Source: an uncultured Bacteroidaceae bacterium (GTDB lineage Bacteria; Bacteroidota; Bacteroidia; Bacteroidales; SM23-62). From it: 64,000 nt of DNA. Made by a program: the position numbers and the translations under genes. The notes beneath the pieces are model-generated. The model searched no databases and was not told the DNA's origin. It saw only the letters and a program-made list of their open reading frames with translations. Shown one piece after another: positions 24,124 to 34,207 of this stretch (the stretch's first letter is position 1; each line of letters opens with the position of its first letter). Location of the stretch: contig CAVZPP010000008.1 in NCBI GenBank assembly GCA_963777115.1, forward strand, positions 250,142 to 314,141, written 5' to 3'.

Positions 24124-25078
24124 GAGGATGGCGGGTCTTGGAGTTGGACTGGCATCCGCTCGATTTTTCCTTCATTTGCGAAGGTTTGACAAAGAATCCT
24201 ATCCTCCCGGTAAATTCCTGGATGTGCACCATCACCTGGGAAAAGATGTGTCATTAAATCCTGATGAGTTCAATCTTGATCCATTAATTCAGTGGATGGA
24301 TAAATTTGATGTTTCCCAGACAGTAATTTTATCTGCTATCCGGTATCCCAATGATTTCTATTCAGCATATAGAACCGATATTATTAGCAGTGACGTTATA
24401 CTGGAAAAATTTGCCGAAACAAACGGAAGACTTCTCCCATTCATTGACATACATCCGGATGCATTTGAAACAAAGAGAGAGATTGTCAAGGTGCTTGGTG
24501 GATTTAAAAAGAGGGGTGTGATCGGTGTTGGTGAAGTGAAGCCAAGAGACAAAGAGGGTAATCCCCGGTATATGTCATTGGATGATCCCATTATGAAACG
24601 GATGTATGCAGCCTGTGCCGATCTGGATTTCCCGGTCCTTTTCCATATCGACGACAGGTATGCAGTAGATGTCCCCGGATTACCAGCCATGGAGAGGGTA
24701 CTCAAGGAATTCCCTGACGTAAACTTCATCGGACATGCAAATGGCTGGTGGAATTCAATCTCTGGAGACGTGATTGAATTTAAGGGTTATCCCAAAGAAA
24801 AAGTAACTCCTGGAGGAGCTGCCGGAAGATTGCTTGAAGAGTATCCCAATATGTATGCGGATTTATCGGCCGGTAGTGGACTGAATGCCATTACCCGGGA
24901 TCCTGAACCGGGAAAAGAATTTCTGATCAAACATGCGGATAAGCTGATGTTTGGAACCGATGCTGCCGGAGGCACAGGCAGAGAAACCCATTTCGAGTTT
25001 TACAATTCGATTGATCTCTCCCCTGAGATCAAAGCAAAACTTTTCAGGGATAATGCCCGGAAACTGCTAAAAATCTAA
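24079..25078 (+). CDS. amidohydrolase family 2 (TIM-barrel metallohydrolase), probably Tat-exported; frameshift near 24109
   Basis: DVHHH, GVGEVK, FHID, GHANGWW, ADLSAGSG and FGTD in the 24128-25078 ORF. The ATG at 24079 plus a one-base repair yields MNTKSKKISRREFNKRMAGLG, a twin-arginine signal. Confidence 0.82.
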
Positions 25079-25109
25079 TCCCAAAATAAATCATAGAATA
25101 TTTCTAACA

Positions 25110-26672
25110 ATGAAAAACTTATTAATTCTAATTCTGATTTCATCAACCGCTCTTTTAGGAACAGGGTGCACGTCTGAACCGGAAACCCAACCTAATGTGC
25201 TGTTCATTTCCATCGACGACCTGAATGACTGGCAGGGCTCCCTGGGAGGTAATTCACAGGCCATCACCCCCAGTCTTGATAAACTGAGCCAGGAAGGGCT
25301 GCTGTTCACCAATGCCCATTGTTCCCAGGCAGTCTGTACAGCTTCAAGAAATTCCCTGCTCAGTGGACTCCACCCCAGTAATTCAGGCTGGTATGGTTCT
25401 ATCCCCGCTATGCGCAACACCTTCGACCAGGTTATGGGTGAAAATAAGATGCTGCCTCAATACTTTAAGGATAATGGATACAAGACCATGGCCGTGGGCA
25501 AAATTTTCCATGCCGGTGTGAGTGACTATAAAGACAGAACCGAAGATTTCTGGGATATGACTGCACCCGATTACAAGGTTCCCAAAGACCTGAAAGACCT
25601 GGGAGACGGATATGGGGGCACCAAGTTTTACCCCTTCCCGGCGGAAAGAAGCCAGATTGTTACCCATTACGGGGATGAATTTGCCGATGGTCACTCCCTA
25701 TGCTGGGGAGCTCTGGAACGGGAGGATATGCCTGGCGGAAAAATGTTTGACGAATTAATCTCGGAATGGGCCGTCGAGCGTTTATCAGAAGACCACGAGA
25801 AGCCATTCTTCTTAGCCGTAGGTTTTGTGCGACCCCATGTTCCCTATACTGCACCAAAGGAGTATTTCGATCTCTATAACCTTGATGAAATTGAAATCCC
25901 TGAGGTGCCCGATGATGATATGTCAGATATTCCCCTTTTGGGAAAGTCCATTGCTTACGGGACCATACAGACCGGGGATCATTATGCTGTGGTAAACCTG
26001 AGTGACACTTACTGGAAAGAACTGGTCTATGCCTACCTGGCCTGCATGTCCTTTGTAGACGATCAACTGGGAAAAGTACTGGAAGCACTGGAAAACAGCA
26101 AGTATGCCGATAATACTATCGTCGTGCTCTGGTCTGATCACGGACAGCATCTGGGTGAAAAAAAACACTGGAGGAAGCAGGCCTTATGGGAGGAATCTAC
26201 CAAGGTTCCATTGATTTTCAAGGTTCCGGGAGAGAAGAATGGGGCAACTTCCGAACGGGTTGTAAGCCTTCTTGACATCTATCCCACCCTGGTTGAACTC
26301 TGCGGACTACCCCCGGCAGAAAAGCTGGAAGGCAACAGCCTTGTCCCCTTAATCGAGAATCCTGAAAAGGAATGGGATAAACCGGTACTTAGCACCTGGT
26401 ATTACGGGAACCATTCGGTGAGAACAGAAAATTGGAGATATATCCATTATCGCGATGGAGGTGAAGAACTCTATGACCATACCGAGGATCCGGGAGAACA
26501 TAAAAATCTCGCCGGAGATCCAGAGTATTCTGATGTAATCGCCGAGCTTCAAAAATCGCTGCCTACTGAAAATGTATTGCCCGCAGGCACCGATGAATGG
26601 AAAGGTGACAAGTTGGACAGGAGAGCAGAGAGCTGGCTTAAAAATGACTCAATCCCTGTCTGGCTGAGATAA
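25110..26672 (+). CDS. sulfatase, iduronate/choline-sulfatase-like (S1), lipoprotein
   Basis: PNVLFISIDDLNDW, CTASR-NSLLSG, GKIFH, RPHVP and SDHGQHLGEK. Confidence 0.93.
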   Translation: MKNLLILILISSTALLGTGCTSEPETQPNVLFISIDDLNDWQGSLGGNSQAITPSLDKLSQEGLLFTNAHCSQAVCTASRNSLLSGLHPSNSGWYGSIPAMRNTFDQVMGENKMLPQYFKDNGYKTMAVGKIFHAGVSDYKDRTEDFWDMTAPDYKVPKDLKDLGDGYGGTKFYPFPAERSQIVTHYGDEFADGHSLCWGALEREDMPGGKMFDELISEWAVERLSEDHEKPFFLAVGFVRPHVPYTAPKEYFDLYNLDEIEIPEVPDDDMSDIPLLGKSIAYGTIQTGDHYAVVNLSDTYWKELVYAYLACMSFVDDQLGKVLEALENSKYADNTIVVLWSDHGQHLGEKKHWRKQALWEESTKVPLIFKVPGEKNGATSERVVSLLDIYPTLVELCGLPPAEKLEGNSLVPLIENPEKEWDKPVLSTWYYGNHSVRTENWRYIHYRDGGEELYDHTEDPGEHKNLAGDPEYSDVIAELQKSLPTENVLPAGTDEWKGDKLDRRAESWLKNDSIPVWLR

Positions 26673-26748
26673 TCAATTCAAAATCAATAACAGGGATAAA
26701 AATACTGTAATCAAAAATCAACAAATTGTATTAAGCTTAAAATAAACT

Positions 26749-28233
26749 ATGAAAACCATGAAAACACATTTTTGGAAGATTACATTGATAGTGATTATTG
26801 CAGCACTGATTCAGTCTTGCTGCCAGACAGCCCCCGAAGGTCCTTACATGGCCACCGGAATCAAAATCGGGGAAGTAACACAGACTGAGGCAATCGTCTG
26901 GGTCAGGTTGACTCAGAACCCTGAACGGGTTGGCAATGATGCCCCTATGCCGGATGTAAAATACAGGGATCCCGAAACCGGGAAGTTGGAACCACGCAAA
27001 AACAACAGGCCGGATAGACCACCTGTGGTCACATACCCTGAAGGATATGATATCAATAATGTCCAGGGAGCTACTCCTGGTGCCGAAGGAATGGCAAGAG
27101 TTAAGTACAGGGAAGCAGGATCGGAGAATTGGACAGAGACCGAATGGACAGCTGTGGATCCGGCGAAAACCTTTACACATCAGTTTCTACTGGAAGATTT
27201 AAGTCCCGGTACAAAGTATGAAATCCTGGCAGAGGCAAGTCCCTCTGGAAAAAAAGTCTCCGCTTCCCTTGAGGGAAGTTTTGGCACCGCTCCTGCTGCT
27301 AATGTTGCAGCAGATGTGAATTTCATTGTTACAACCGGAACTTCTTATGGGGACGTGGACAGCGAAACAGGTTATAAGTTTTACCTGAGCTCCTTGGAAC
27401 TGGATCCTGATTTCTTCGTTCATACCGGTGATATTGTTTATTACGACGGACTGGCGAAGACAGCTGATATGGCCAGGTGGCACTGGGACAGGATGTACAG
27501 TTACTCGAATCATATAGAATACCACCGGCAGGTTCCAAGTTATTTCATCAAGGATGACCATGATACATGGAGGAATGATTGCTATCCCGGGATGGTCACC
27601 AAGTTTATGGGCGAATTTACCTATGAGGAGGGTACGGAAATCTTTCTGTATGAAGTCCCCATGAAGAACAAGACATACCGTACAGTTCGCTGGGGAAAGG
27701 ACCTACAGGTATGGATGGTTGAGGGAAGGGATTACCGCAGTAAAAATACTGATGAAGACGGACCTGAGAAGACCATCTGGGGTAAGGAACAGATGGAATG
27801 GTTGAAATCCACCATCGAGAGTTCTGATGCCACCTGGAAGGTACTTATCAGTCCCACTCCCATCGTCGGACCAGACCGCGGCAATAAAAACGACAATCAC
27901 GCCAATATAGGTTTTCAGCATGAGGGTGATATAGTACGTGAATACCTTAGCGGGATTAAGAACCTTGTAACTGCATGCGGGGACAGGCACTGGCAATATG
28001 TTTCCAGGGATCTTGTTACGGGACTTACAGAATTCAGCAGCGGCCCGGGTGGAAATGGCCATGCCGGAGGCTGGAAACAGGATAATAAACTTCCGGAACA
28101 TATCTACCTGAATGTCGTGGGCGGGTTCCTGGAAGGAGCTGTTGAGCAATCCCCTGAAGGTGCAAAACTGGTTTTCCGCCACTACGATCCGGACGGAGTC
28201 CTGCTGAATGAACATTTCGTGGAATCGGAATAA
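26749..28233 (+). CDS. phoD: PhoD-like (alkaline phosphatase D family) metallophosphoesterase, lipoprotein
   Basis: GEVTQTEAIVWVR N-terminal segment, HTGDIVYYD, KDDHD, EGRDYRS, WGKEQMEWL and GDRHWQY. Confidence 0.8.
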   Translation: MKTMKTHFWKITLIVIIAALIQSCCQTAPEGPYMATGIKIGEVTQTEAIVWVRLTQNPERVGNDAPMPDVKYRDPETGKLEPRKNNRPDRPPVVTYPEGYDINNVQGATPGAEGMARVKYREAGSENWTETEWTAVDPAKTFTHQFLLEDLSPGTKYEILAEASPSGKKVSASLEGSFGTAPAANVAADVNFIVTTGTSYGDVDSETGYKFYLSSLELDPDFFVHTGDIVYYDGLAKTADMARWHWDRMYSYSNHIEYHRQVPSYFIKDDHDTWRNDCYPGMVTKFMGEFTYEEGTEIFLYEVPMKNKTYRTVRWGKDLQVWMVEGRDYRSKNTDEDGPEKTIWGKEQMEWLKSTIESSDATWKVLISPTPIVGPDRGNKNDNHANIGFQHEGDIVREYLSGIKNLVTACGDRHWQYVSRDLVTGLTEFSSGPGGNGHAGGWKQDNKLPEHIYLNVVGGFLEGAVEQSPEGAKLVFRHYDPDGVLLNEHFVESE

Positions 28234-28264
28234 TTCATTGGATCACCCTAAACGCTAAGATCTA

Positions 28265-29755
28265 ATGAAATCGATTTATCTTTTTTTAATTGTCTGCCTT
28301 GGAGTACTACTGAATAGCTGTTCATCATCCCCAGGGCCCGATTACAGGGATCTGACTGAAAACGATTTATCTGTAAAATCAGCCAGATTTTCCCTGTACT
28401 CAAAAGGAAATGAGATATTTATAGAAAAGTATAAGACATACTATTATGCCCATCTTGAAATAGTCTCCTCCCTCAAACTAACCCTGAGTTCTGTTGATAA
28501 AATTGAAAATTTCGAGATTAGCCCGCAAAGACACAAAATAGAGGGTAATCAAACTGGCAATAGTATTGAATTTATTCTTGAGAAGTCCGGCTATTATATG
28601 GTCAGGATAAATGAGGATCAGAGGATATTTATTCTGGCGGACAGTCCTGAAGATGAGATGGACCTGGAAAAAGTAAGCATCCTTGAATATGAAGTCGATA
28701 ATACCGGGGAACAATTATCAACCACACAACTTCAAAAGGCCCTGGATGAGATTTCCGGTTCCGGGAAGATACTGGATTTCCCGGTGGGGGTATATAAAAC
28801 GGGACTCCTATCAGTTAAGAGTAATTCCAAAATTCATCTTTCTGCAGGGGCTATTATACTGGGACCAGATAATATTTCTGATCTAAAACCCGAGGAGCAT
28901 AACAGTCCCCGTCGCTTCATTCTAGTGAAGGATGTAGAGAATGTCGAAATCTTTGGAAGAGGAATCATTGATGCCAACGGAAGATATCTCCGGGATAACT
29001 TTGGTGACGAAGGCAGAGCCAGGGTCTTATTGGTACTTAATTCTAAAAACATTAACGTGGATGGAATTTTTGTACGCAACTCAGGATCTTGGAATACACA
29101 AATCCTACATTCTGAAGATGTTGTTCTAAAGAATATAAAAATGCTGAATGACATAGATCTGTCTAATACAGACGGTTTCGATCCGGATGCCTCCAAACGG
29201 GTATTGATTGAAGATTGTTTTGCCTACTGTGGAGATGATAATGTGGCAATCAAATCTACCAATACGGGTGGCTATTTGCAGGATGTTGAGGATATCACGG
29301 TCAGGGGATGTGTCTTCTTGACAAAAAAATCAGCTCTTAAAGTGGGAACAGAATCCAGGGCTGAGACCATGAAGAATATCCTTTTCGAAAACAATGATGT
29401 ACTGGAATCAGACCGGGGAATGACACTGTATTGTTATGATGGAGCAGCATATGAAAATATAAGGTATATCAATAACCGTTTCGAACGGACCCATCCGGAC
29501 AGGTGCCAGTGCGGAATACATTTCAGCCTGAAGAAACGGGACAAGGATAGCAGAATCGGATCCATGAGCCAGATCCTGATCAGGGATTGCTCGTTTTCCA
29601 GGCCCCCTCCAAATTTCTTCGAACTGAAAGGGTATGATGCTGATAATAAAATTGAATTATTAATCGAAAACCTGAGAGTCGCTGGAGAAACTTGCCGCCC
29701 CGACAATGAAAATACTTTCTTTAGCAAGGAGTTTGCAGACATCAGGTATAAATGA
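28265..29755 (+). CDS. GH28-like parallel beta-helix glycoside hydrolase, lipoprotein
   Basis: LDFPVGVY, IFGRGIID, NTDGFD and GDDNVAIK. The canonical GHG motif is absent. Confidence 0.75.
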   Translation: MKSIYLFLIVCLGVLLNSCSSSPGPDYRDLTENDLSVKSARFSLYSKGNEIFIEKYKTYYYAHLEIVSSLKLTLSSVDKIENFEISPQRHKIEGNQTGNSIEFILEKSGYYMVRINEDQRIFILADSPEDEMDLEKVSILEYEVDNTGEQLSTTQLQKALDEISGSGKILDFPVGVYKTGLLSVKSNSKIHLSAGAIILGPDNISDLKPEEHNSPRRFILVKDVENVEIFGRGIIDANGRYLRDNFGDEGRARVLLVLNSKNINVDGIFVRNSGSWNTQILHSEDVVLKNIKMLNDIDLSNTDGFDPDASKRVLIEDCFAYCGDDNVAIKSTNTGGYLQDVEDITVRGCVFLTKKSALKVGTESRAETMKNILFENNDVLESDRGMTLYCYDGAAYENIRYINNRFERTHPDRCQCGIHFSLKKRDKDSRIGSMSQILIRDCSFSRPPPNFFELKGYDADNKIELLIENLRVAGETCRPDNENTFFSKEFADIRYK

Positions 29756-29917
29756 ACCGAAGGGACGATTAATTTGTCCACAAGATAAATGAAATATTGA
29801 ACCCTCCATTTGATATTTATTAATATCTTTCTTACCTTAAAAAGGTACTGAATTATCTGTATTCCAGTACTGCTTAATTGCATTGCTTATTAGCCGCCCT
29901 GAACCTATGCAGCATAA

Positions 29918-30055
29918 ATGCGCAAATTATTCAGTGCTTGCCATTTTGATGTTGGCTTCGATAAAACGGAAACGAATAACCTTTTTAACAAGTACCCGGA
30001 TATAGCTCAGGATCTTGAAGCGAAGTACCTGGAATGGGTAAGTAAATTTGACTGA
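29918..30055 (+). pseudogene. 45-codon relic resembling a sulfatase C-terminus
   Basis: Reads MRKLFSACHFDVGFDKTETNNLFNKYPDIAQDLEAKYLEWVSKFD*, similar to the tail of the 21102-22659 sulfatase (YDMDTDQSETNDLIEEYPEIASELMMDWEIW). Confidence 0.55.
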
Positions 30056-30057
30056 TC

Positions 30058-32055
30058 ATGCAGACAAAATATTTGCTACTGCTGCTTATATCTCTCATTA
30101 CTGCTAACTGTGCAAATGATAGCGGAGGGGACAGGGCATTATCCGGAATTAATACGGATCCCTACTGGTCATATCCCCAAAAATCATTCGAGGAGAGGTG
30201 CCGGCTTTACCTGAACTATTGCGCAGCCAATCCTGTGACCGATAATAAGGCCCCCTTCCCCCAGATTGCCTGCTTTGAACTGGGTCTCCCGGTAAACGAA
30301 GAGATTTTGCATGAATCGATTGATGAAGTATACATGCAGGCTGACTGTAACGATTTTACGCTCGAGGGACTTATACGGATTTTGTATCTCTACGGCGACC
30401 GTCCTGCGATGTCCCCTCAACTAAAAAAAGAAATCGAAACATGCCTGCTGGATTTTAAATACTGGTGGGATGAACCGGGAAGGGACAGGAGATGCTACCA
30501 CACAGAAAACCACCAGGTTATCTTTCATGCCAATGAACTGCTTGCAGGCCAGTTATTTAAAGACAGCACCTTTTCAAACAGCGGAATGAGCGGAATGGAG
30601 CATATGGAACATGCTATGAACCTTTTGGAGCGATGGATGGATTTCAGAATCAGATTCGGATTCAGTGAATGGCTCTCCAATACTTATTTTGATGCCGATC
30701 TCGCGGGACTCCTGAATCTGTATGATTTTGCTGAAGATCCTGAGATTCGGGACCGGGCAGGCATATTGATCGACATTTTAATGTTTGAGATGAGTCTGCA
30801 CAGTACCCGGGGTGTTTTTGGTGCCACTCACGGGAGGACCTATGCCAATCTTATCAAGGGGGGGTGGAAGGAAACCACCTCTTCGGATCAGAAACTTGCC
30901 TTCGGAATGGGAACATTTTCCAGATCTTCTGCACAGGGAGCAGTATGTTTTGCAACCAGTACATACCGATGCCCTGAGATCATTGCCAAAATTGCAGGGG
31001 ATTATTCCGGTACAATTACGTCCAGGGAACGCCACAGCATTAACCTGGCAGATGCACCTCTGCATGGACTGAGCTATGACAGTGAGCTGGATTGCCATCT
31101 TTTCTGGAGCATCCAGGACTATATTAATCCAAACATCATCGACCTTTCGCAGGAAATCAGCAGCAAATACGGGGTCCGGGATTTTGCTAATTACGAAATT
31201 GACAAACAGCTTTACACGGACCAAATTGAGCAATACGGAAAGATCATCGATCCTGATCTGGATTACCATGCCCTGACGGAGGTCAATATCGAGACCACAA
31301 GGACCTCGGATTATCTGCTTAGCTGTGCACAGGATTACCGGGCGGGAAAGCCAGGATATCAGCAACATATATGGCAGGCTACCCTGGATATAGACGCCAT
31401 GGTATTTACCAATCATCCAGGTTCCGATAATGAGAACTCAAGGCCCAATTACTGGGCAGGAAACGGGATTATGCCAAGGGCCGCAAAATTTGAGAATGTC
31501 CTTGTCTGCATTCATAAGATCCCTACTGATGACCCCCTGCCCTTTTCTCACGCGTATTTTCCAAGAGATGCTTTCGATGAGTTAATCGAGAAGGACCATT
31601 GGATCTTCGCAAGGAAAGGAGATGGATATATCGCCCTTTACTCCCAGAATCTGACTGAATGGAAAGCGGATGCAGATGGGAAGTATTATGACCTCCTTGT
31701 TTCGGTCCCGCAAAATACCTGGATTTGTGAATTGGGTTCCAAAGCCCAATGGAAGAGATTTTCGCGTTTCGTGGAGGCTGTAAGTTCCTCGGAAATAATC
31801 TGTGATGAGCTTAATGTAAGCTATCATTCACCCTCTGCAGGTTTACTGCAGTTTGGATGGACAGGTCCTTTATTGGCCCGGGGGCAGGCGGTTCCTCTGA
31901 GGGAATATGCCCGCTTTGATAATCCCTTTTGCCAAAATGAATTCACTTCCAGGGAAATCCTTATTAAATATAAAAACCAGGAACTGATTCTCGATTTTGA
32001 GAAAGGAAAAAGGTCCCTGAAACAGTCCGATATGCAGCAAAGTGCTTTAAAGTAA
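30058..32055 (+). CDS. uncharacterised lipoprotein, possibly heparinase II/III-like (alpha-toroid plus beta-sandwich)
   Basis: 665 aa with lipobox-like TANC. The helical N-half has HTENHQ, FSEWLSNTY and THGRTY; the C-half is beta-rich (YQQHIWQATL, RPNYWAGNG). The fold call is an inference. Confidence 0.5.
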   Translation: MQTKYLLLLLISLITANCANDSGGDRALSGINTDPYWSYPQKSFEERCRLYLNYCAANPVTDNKAPFPQIACFELGLPVNEEILHESIDEVYMQADCNDFTLEGLIRILYLYGDRPAMSPQLKKEIETCLLDFKYWWDEPGRDRRCYHTENHQVIFHANELLAGQLFKDSTFSNSGMSGMEHMEHAMNLLERWMDFRIRFGFSEWLSNTYFDADLAGLLNLYDFAEDPEIRDRAGILIDILMFEMSLHSTRGVFGATHGRTYANLIKGGWKETTSSDQKLAFGMGTFSRSSAQGAVCFATSTYRCPEIIAKIAGDYSGTITSRERHSINLADAPLHGLSYDSELDCHLFWSIQDYINPNIIDLSQEISSKYGVRDFANYEIDKQLYTDQIEQYGKIIDPDLDYHALTEVNIETTRTSDYLLSCAQDYRAGKPGYQQHIWQATLDIDAMVFTNHPGSDNENSRPNYWAGNGIMPRAAKFENVLVCIHKIPTDDPLPFSHAYFPRDAFDELIEKDHWIFARKGDGYIALYSQNLTEWKADADGKYYDLLVSVPQNTWICELGSKAQWKRFSRFVEAVSSSEIICDELNVSYHSPSAGLLQFGWTGPLLARGQAVPLREYARFDNPFCQNEFTSREILIKYKNQELILDFEKGKRSLKQSDMQQSALK

Positions 32056-32067
32056 TTATGGAATAAT

Positions 32068-34167
32068 ATGAAGAATCTCAGCAGATTAATCATTCTATTT
32101 GTCATTTGTTCAGTCATTTCATGTAAGAATTCGCAAAACTCCCGTATCAGATTGCTTCCCGGGGTAAAGATCGTTGTACCTGAAGATGAAACTGCCCCGG
32201 TAAAATTTGCTGTTTCTGTTTTACAACGTGATCTGAAATCGGTTTTCGGGGAGGAATCCGAGCTGGTACATTCAATTCCGGCAAATGGACCTGCGATTAT
32301 TATAGTGAATAATACACTATTAGCGGAAGGTTCTGAAGCACAGAGAGTTTCCGGAAATGAGGCTCATGCAGTATATACCAGAGGGAAGCATATTGTTTTG
32401 GAAGGAGCTGATATGCGAGGAACCATTTATGCCATCTATACATTCAGTGAAAAAATCCTGGGGATCCCTCCCTTGTGGTTCTGGGCCTCCAGAAAACCGG
32501 AACAGAGGAACGAGATTAGGATCGGTACCGGCACTGAATTTATTTATAATTCACCCTATGTAAAATACAGGACATGGTTCCCAAACGACCAGGATAATTT
32601 CAGTCCCTGGAGAAAAATCAATGAGGTCAATAATGAAATCTGGCTGGAGACCATGCTCCGCCTGAAAATGAACTGTGTCGAGGGATTTTCAGGCGGACAG
32701 GACTGGAGCAAACCTTATCAGATCAGTGAAACCCAGAAGCTGGTAAAAAAGTACGGATTGATCCAGACCTCCCACCATCCCAGTCCCCTGAACTCCTCCC
32801 TGGCCCAGTGGGACGATTACTGGACCCATATCAGGAAAGTCGATCCTCCGGAACTTTTGCTTGAGAACCATGAAAAGTTTGATGATTTCTGGAGATATAA
32901 TATTGAAAATGTTCTGAAAAATGACCTGGAAATGATCTGGGTGATTAATTTCAGGGGAAATGGGGACCGACCATTCTGGGCGACCTTTGAGGATTCTCCT
33001 GAATCCATGGAGGAAAGAGCTGAGTTCATGATGAAAATGCTCAAGCGGCAGGTTGACCTGATCAAGGAAATAACCAAGGTAGAGAAGCCATATATGAGGA
33101 TGACATTCTACGATGAAATATCAGATATGATAGCCTCGGGATTGGTAAAACCACCGGAGGAGGAAAACCTGATCTGGAATTTTGTAGCTGCACGAAGGGA
33201 CCATTACCCTAACCTGGACCTGGTGCAATTTCAAGCCGGGGAAGACACTAAAATGGGCTATTACCTGAACCTTCAGTTTACCTCAACTGGTTCCCACCTG
33301 GCACAGGCTGAAGGCCCCTGGAAGATGGAAAGAAATTACAGGTACATAGACGGCAAATCCCCTGAACCCCTGTTATTTTCCGTAATCAATGCCGGAAATA
33401 TCAGGGAACATCTATTGGGACTTTCTGCCAATGCCGCCCTACTCTGGGATTTCGAAAATTACAATACGGATGAGTTTCTTTCCCAGTTCTGTATGACCTA
33501 CTTCGGTTTGGAATATGCTGAGGAAATTGCTGATCTGTACAGAGATTTCTTTTTCTCCTACTGGAACCAGAAAAAAAATGATTTCGAAGGATTTGAACGT
33601 CAGTATATCTTTCAGGATATGAGATATGCCAGGGCACTGGGCCAGATTTCTAACAGGTTTTTTACATCCGACGATTTAAACCCCCTGAGAGACTATTCCC
33701 ACGAGACAACCCCGAACAGAACTTTCAGGATAGTACCAGGGGACAATGATGCAGGGAACCAGATCGATGCAATTCTGAAAGGGACCTCCATATCCATCGA
33801 AAAACTAAAAAAAATTACTATAAAGGCTGATTCCCTGTCATCGTTGTTACTGGATCAGCACCAGCCCTTCTTTAGCGATAATTTAAATGCCCAGGCTCAT
33901 TTTATGCTGAACCTGAATATTGCATTCAATTATTATTGCAAGGCTTACAAGGGTAAGGAAGATCAGCAGCAAATGCTGAAAGATCTCGAAAATGCATACC
34001 AGGCCTCCCTGAAAATGGAAGAAGGACTGGCAATCTCAGAACATGGAGATTTTGAGTGCTGGCTTGATGGTGACAGGAATAATGGAAAATTTAATATTAA
34101 GCGATTCCAGAATACAATCAAAGAAACCCTGACCGAGGCCGAAGCCAGGCACATGAAGCAGCCATAA
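32068..34167 (+). CDS. GH115-like glycoside hydrolase (alpha-glucuronidase-related), lipoprotein
   Basis: LEGADMRGTIYAIYTFSEKILGIPPLWFW, VKYRTWFPNDQD, ETMLRLKMN, TSHH, FRGNGDRPFW and NAGNIRE. Confidence 0.72.
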   Translation: MKNLSRLIILFVICSVISCKNSQNSRIRLLPGVKIVVPEDETAPVKFAVSVLQRDLKSVFGEESELVHSIPANGPAIIIVNNTLLAEGSEAQRVSGNEAHAVYTRGKHIVLEGADMRGTIYAIYTFSEKILGIPPLWFWASRKPEQRNEIRIGTGTEFIYNSPYVKYRTWFPNDQDNFSPWRKINEVNNEIWLETMLRLKMNCVEGFSGGQDWSKPYQISETQKLVKKYGLIQTSHHPSPLNSSLAQWDDYWTHIRKVDPPELLLENHEKFDDFWRYNIENVLKNDLEMIWVINFRGNGDRPFWATFEDSPESMEERAEFMMKMLKRQVDLIKEITKVEKPYMRMTFYDEISDMIASGLVKPPEEENLIWNFVAARRDHYPNLDLVQFQAGEDTKMGYYLNLQFTSTGSHLAQAEGPWKMERNYRYIDGKSPEPLLFSVINAGNIREHLLGLSANAALLWDFENYNTDEFLSQFCMTYFGLEYAEEIADLYRDFFFSYWNQKKNDFEGFERQYIFQDMRYARALGQISNRFFTSDDLNPLRDYSHETTPNRTFRIVPGDNDAGNQIDAILKGTSISIEKLKKITIKADSLSSLLLDQHQPFFSDNLNAQAHFMLNLNIAFNYYCKAYKGKEDQQQMLKDLENAYQASLKMEEGLAISEHGDFECWLDGDRNNGKFNIKRFQNTIKETLTEAEARHMKQP

Positions 34168-34207
34168 CCCCGCTATAAGACAAAATAATAACCGTTATCA
34201 CACCAAA

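Noticed and set aside
23145..24257. ORF-track C-terminal extension of the sulfatase overlapping the amidohydrolase by 130 nt
   Set aside because: Explained by one extra base at about 24109; the repaired gene stops at 24123.
30778..31416. 212-aa antisense ORF, and the many other 60-190 aa antisense or alternate-frame ORFs
   Set aside because: They are shadows of well-supported genes and show no recognisable motifs.
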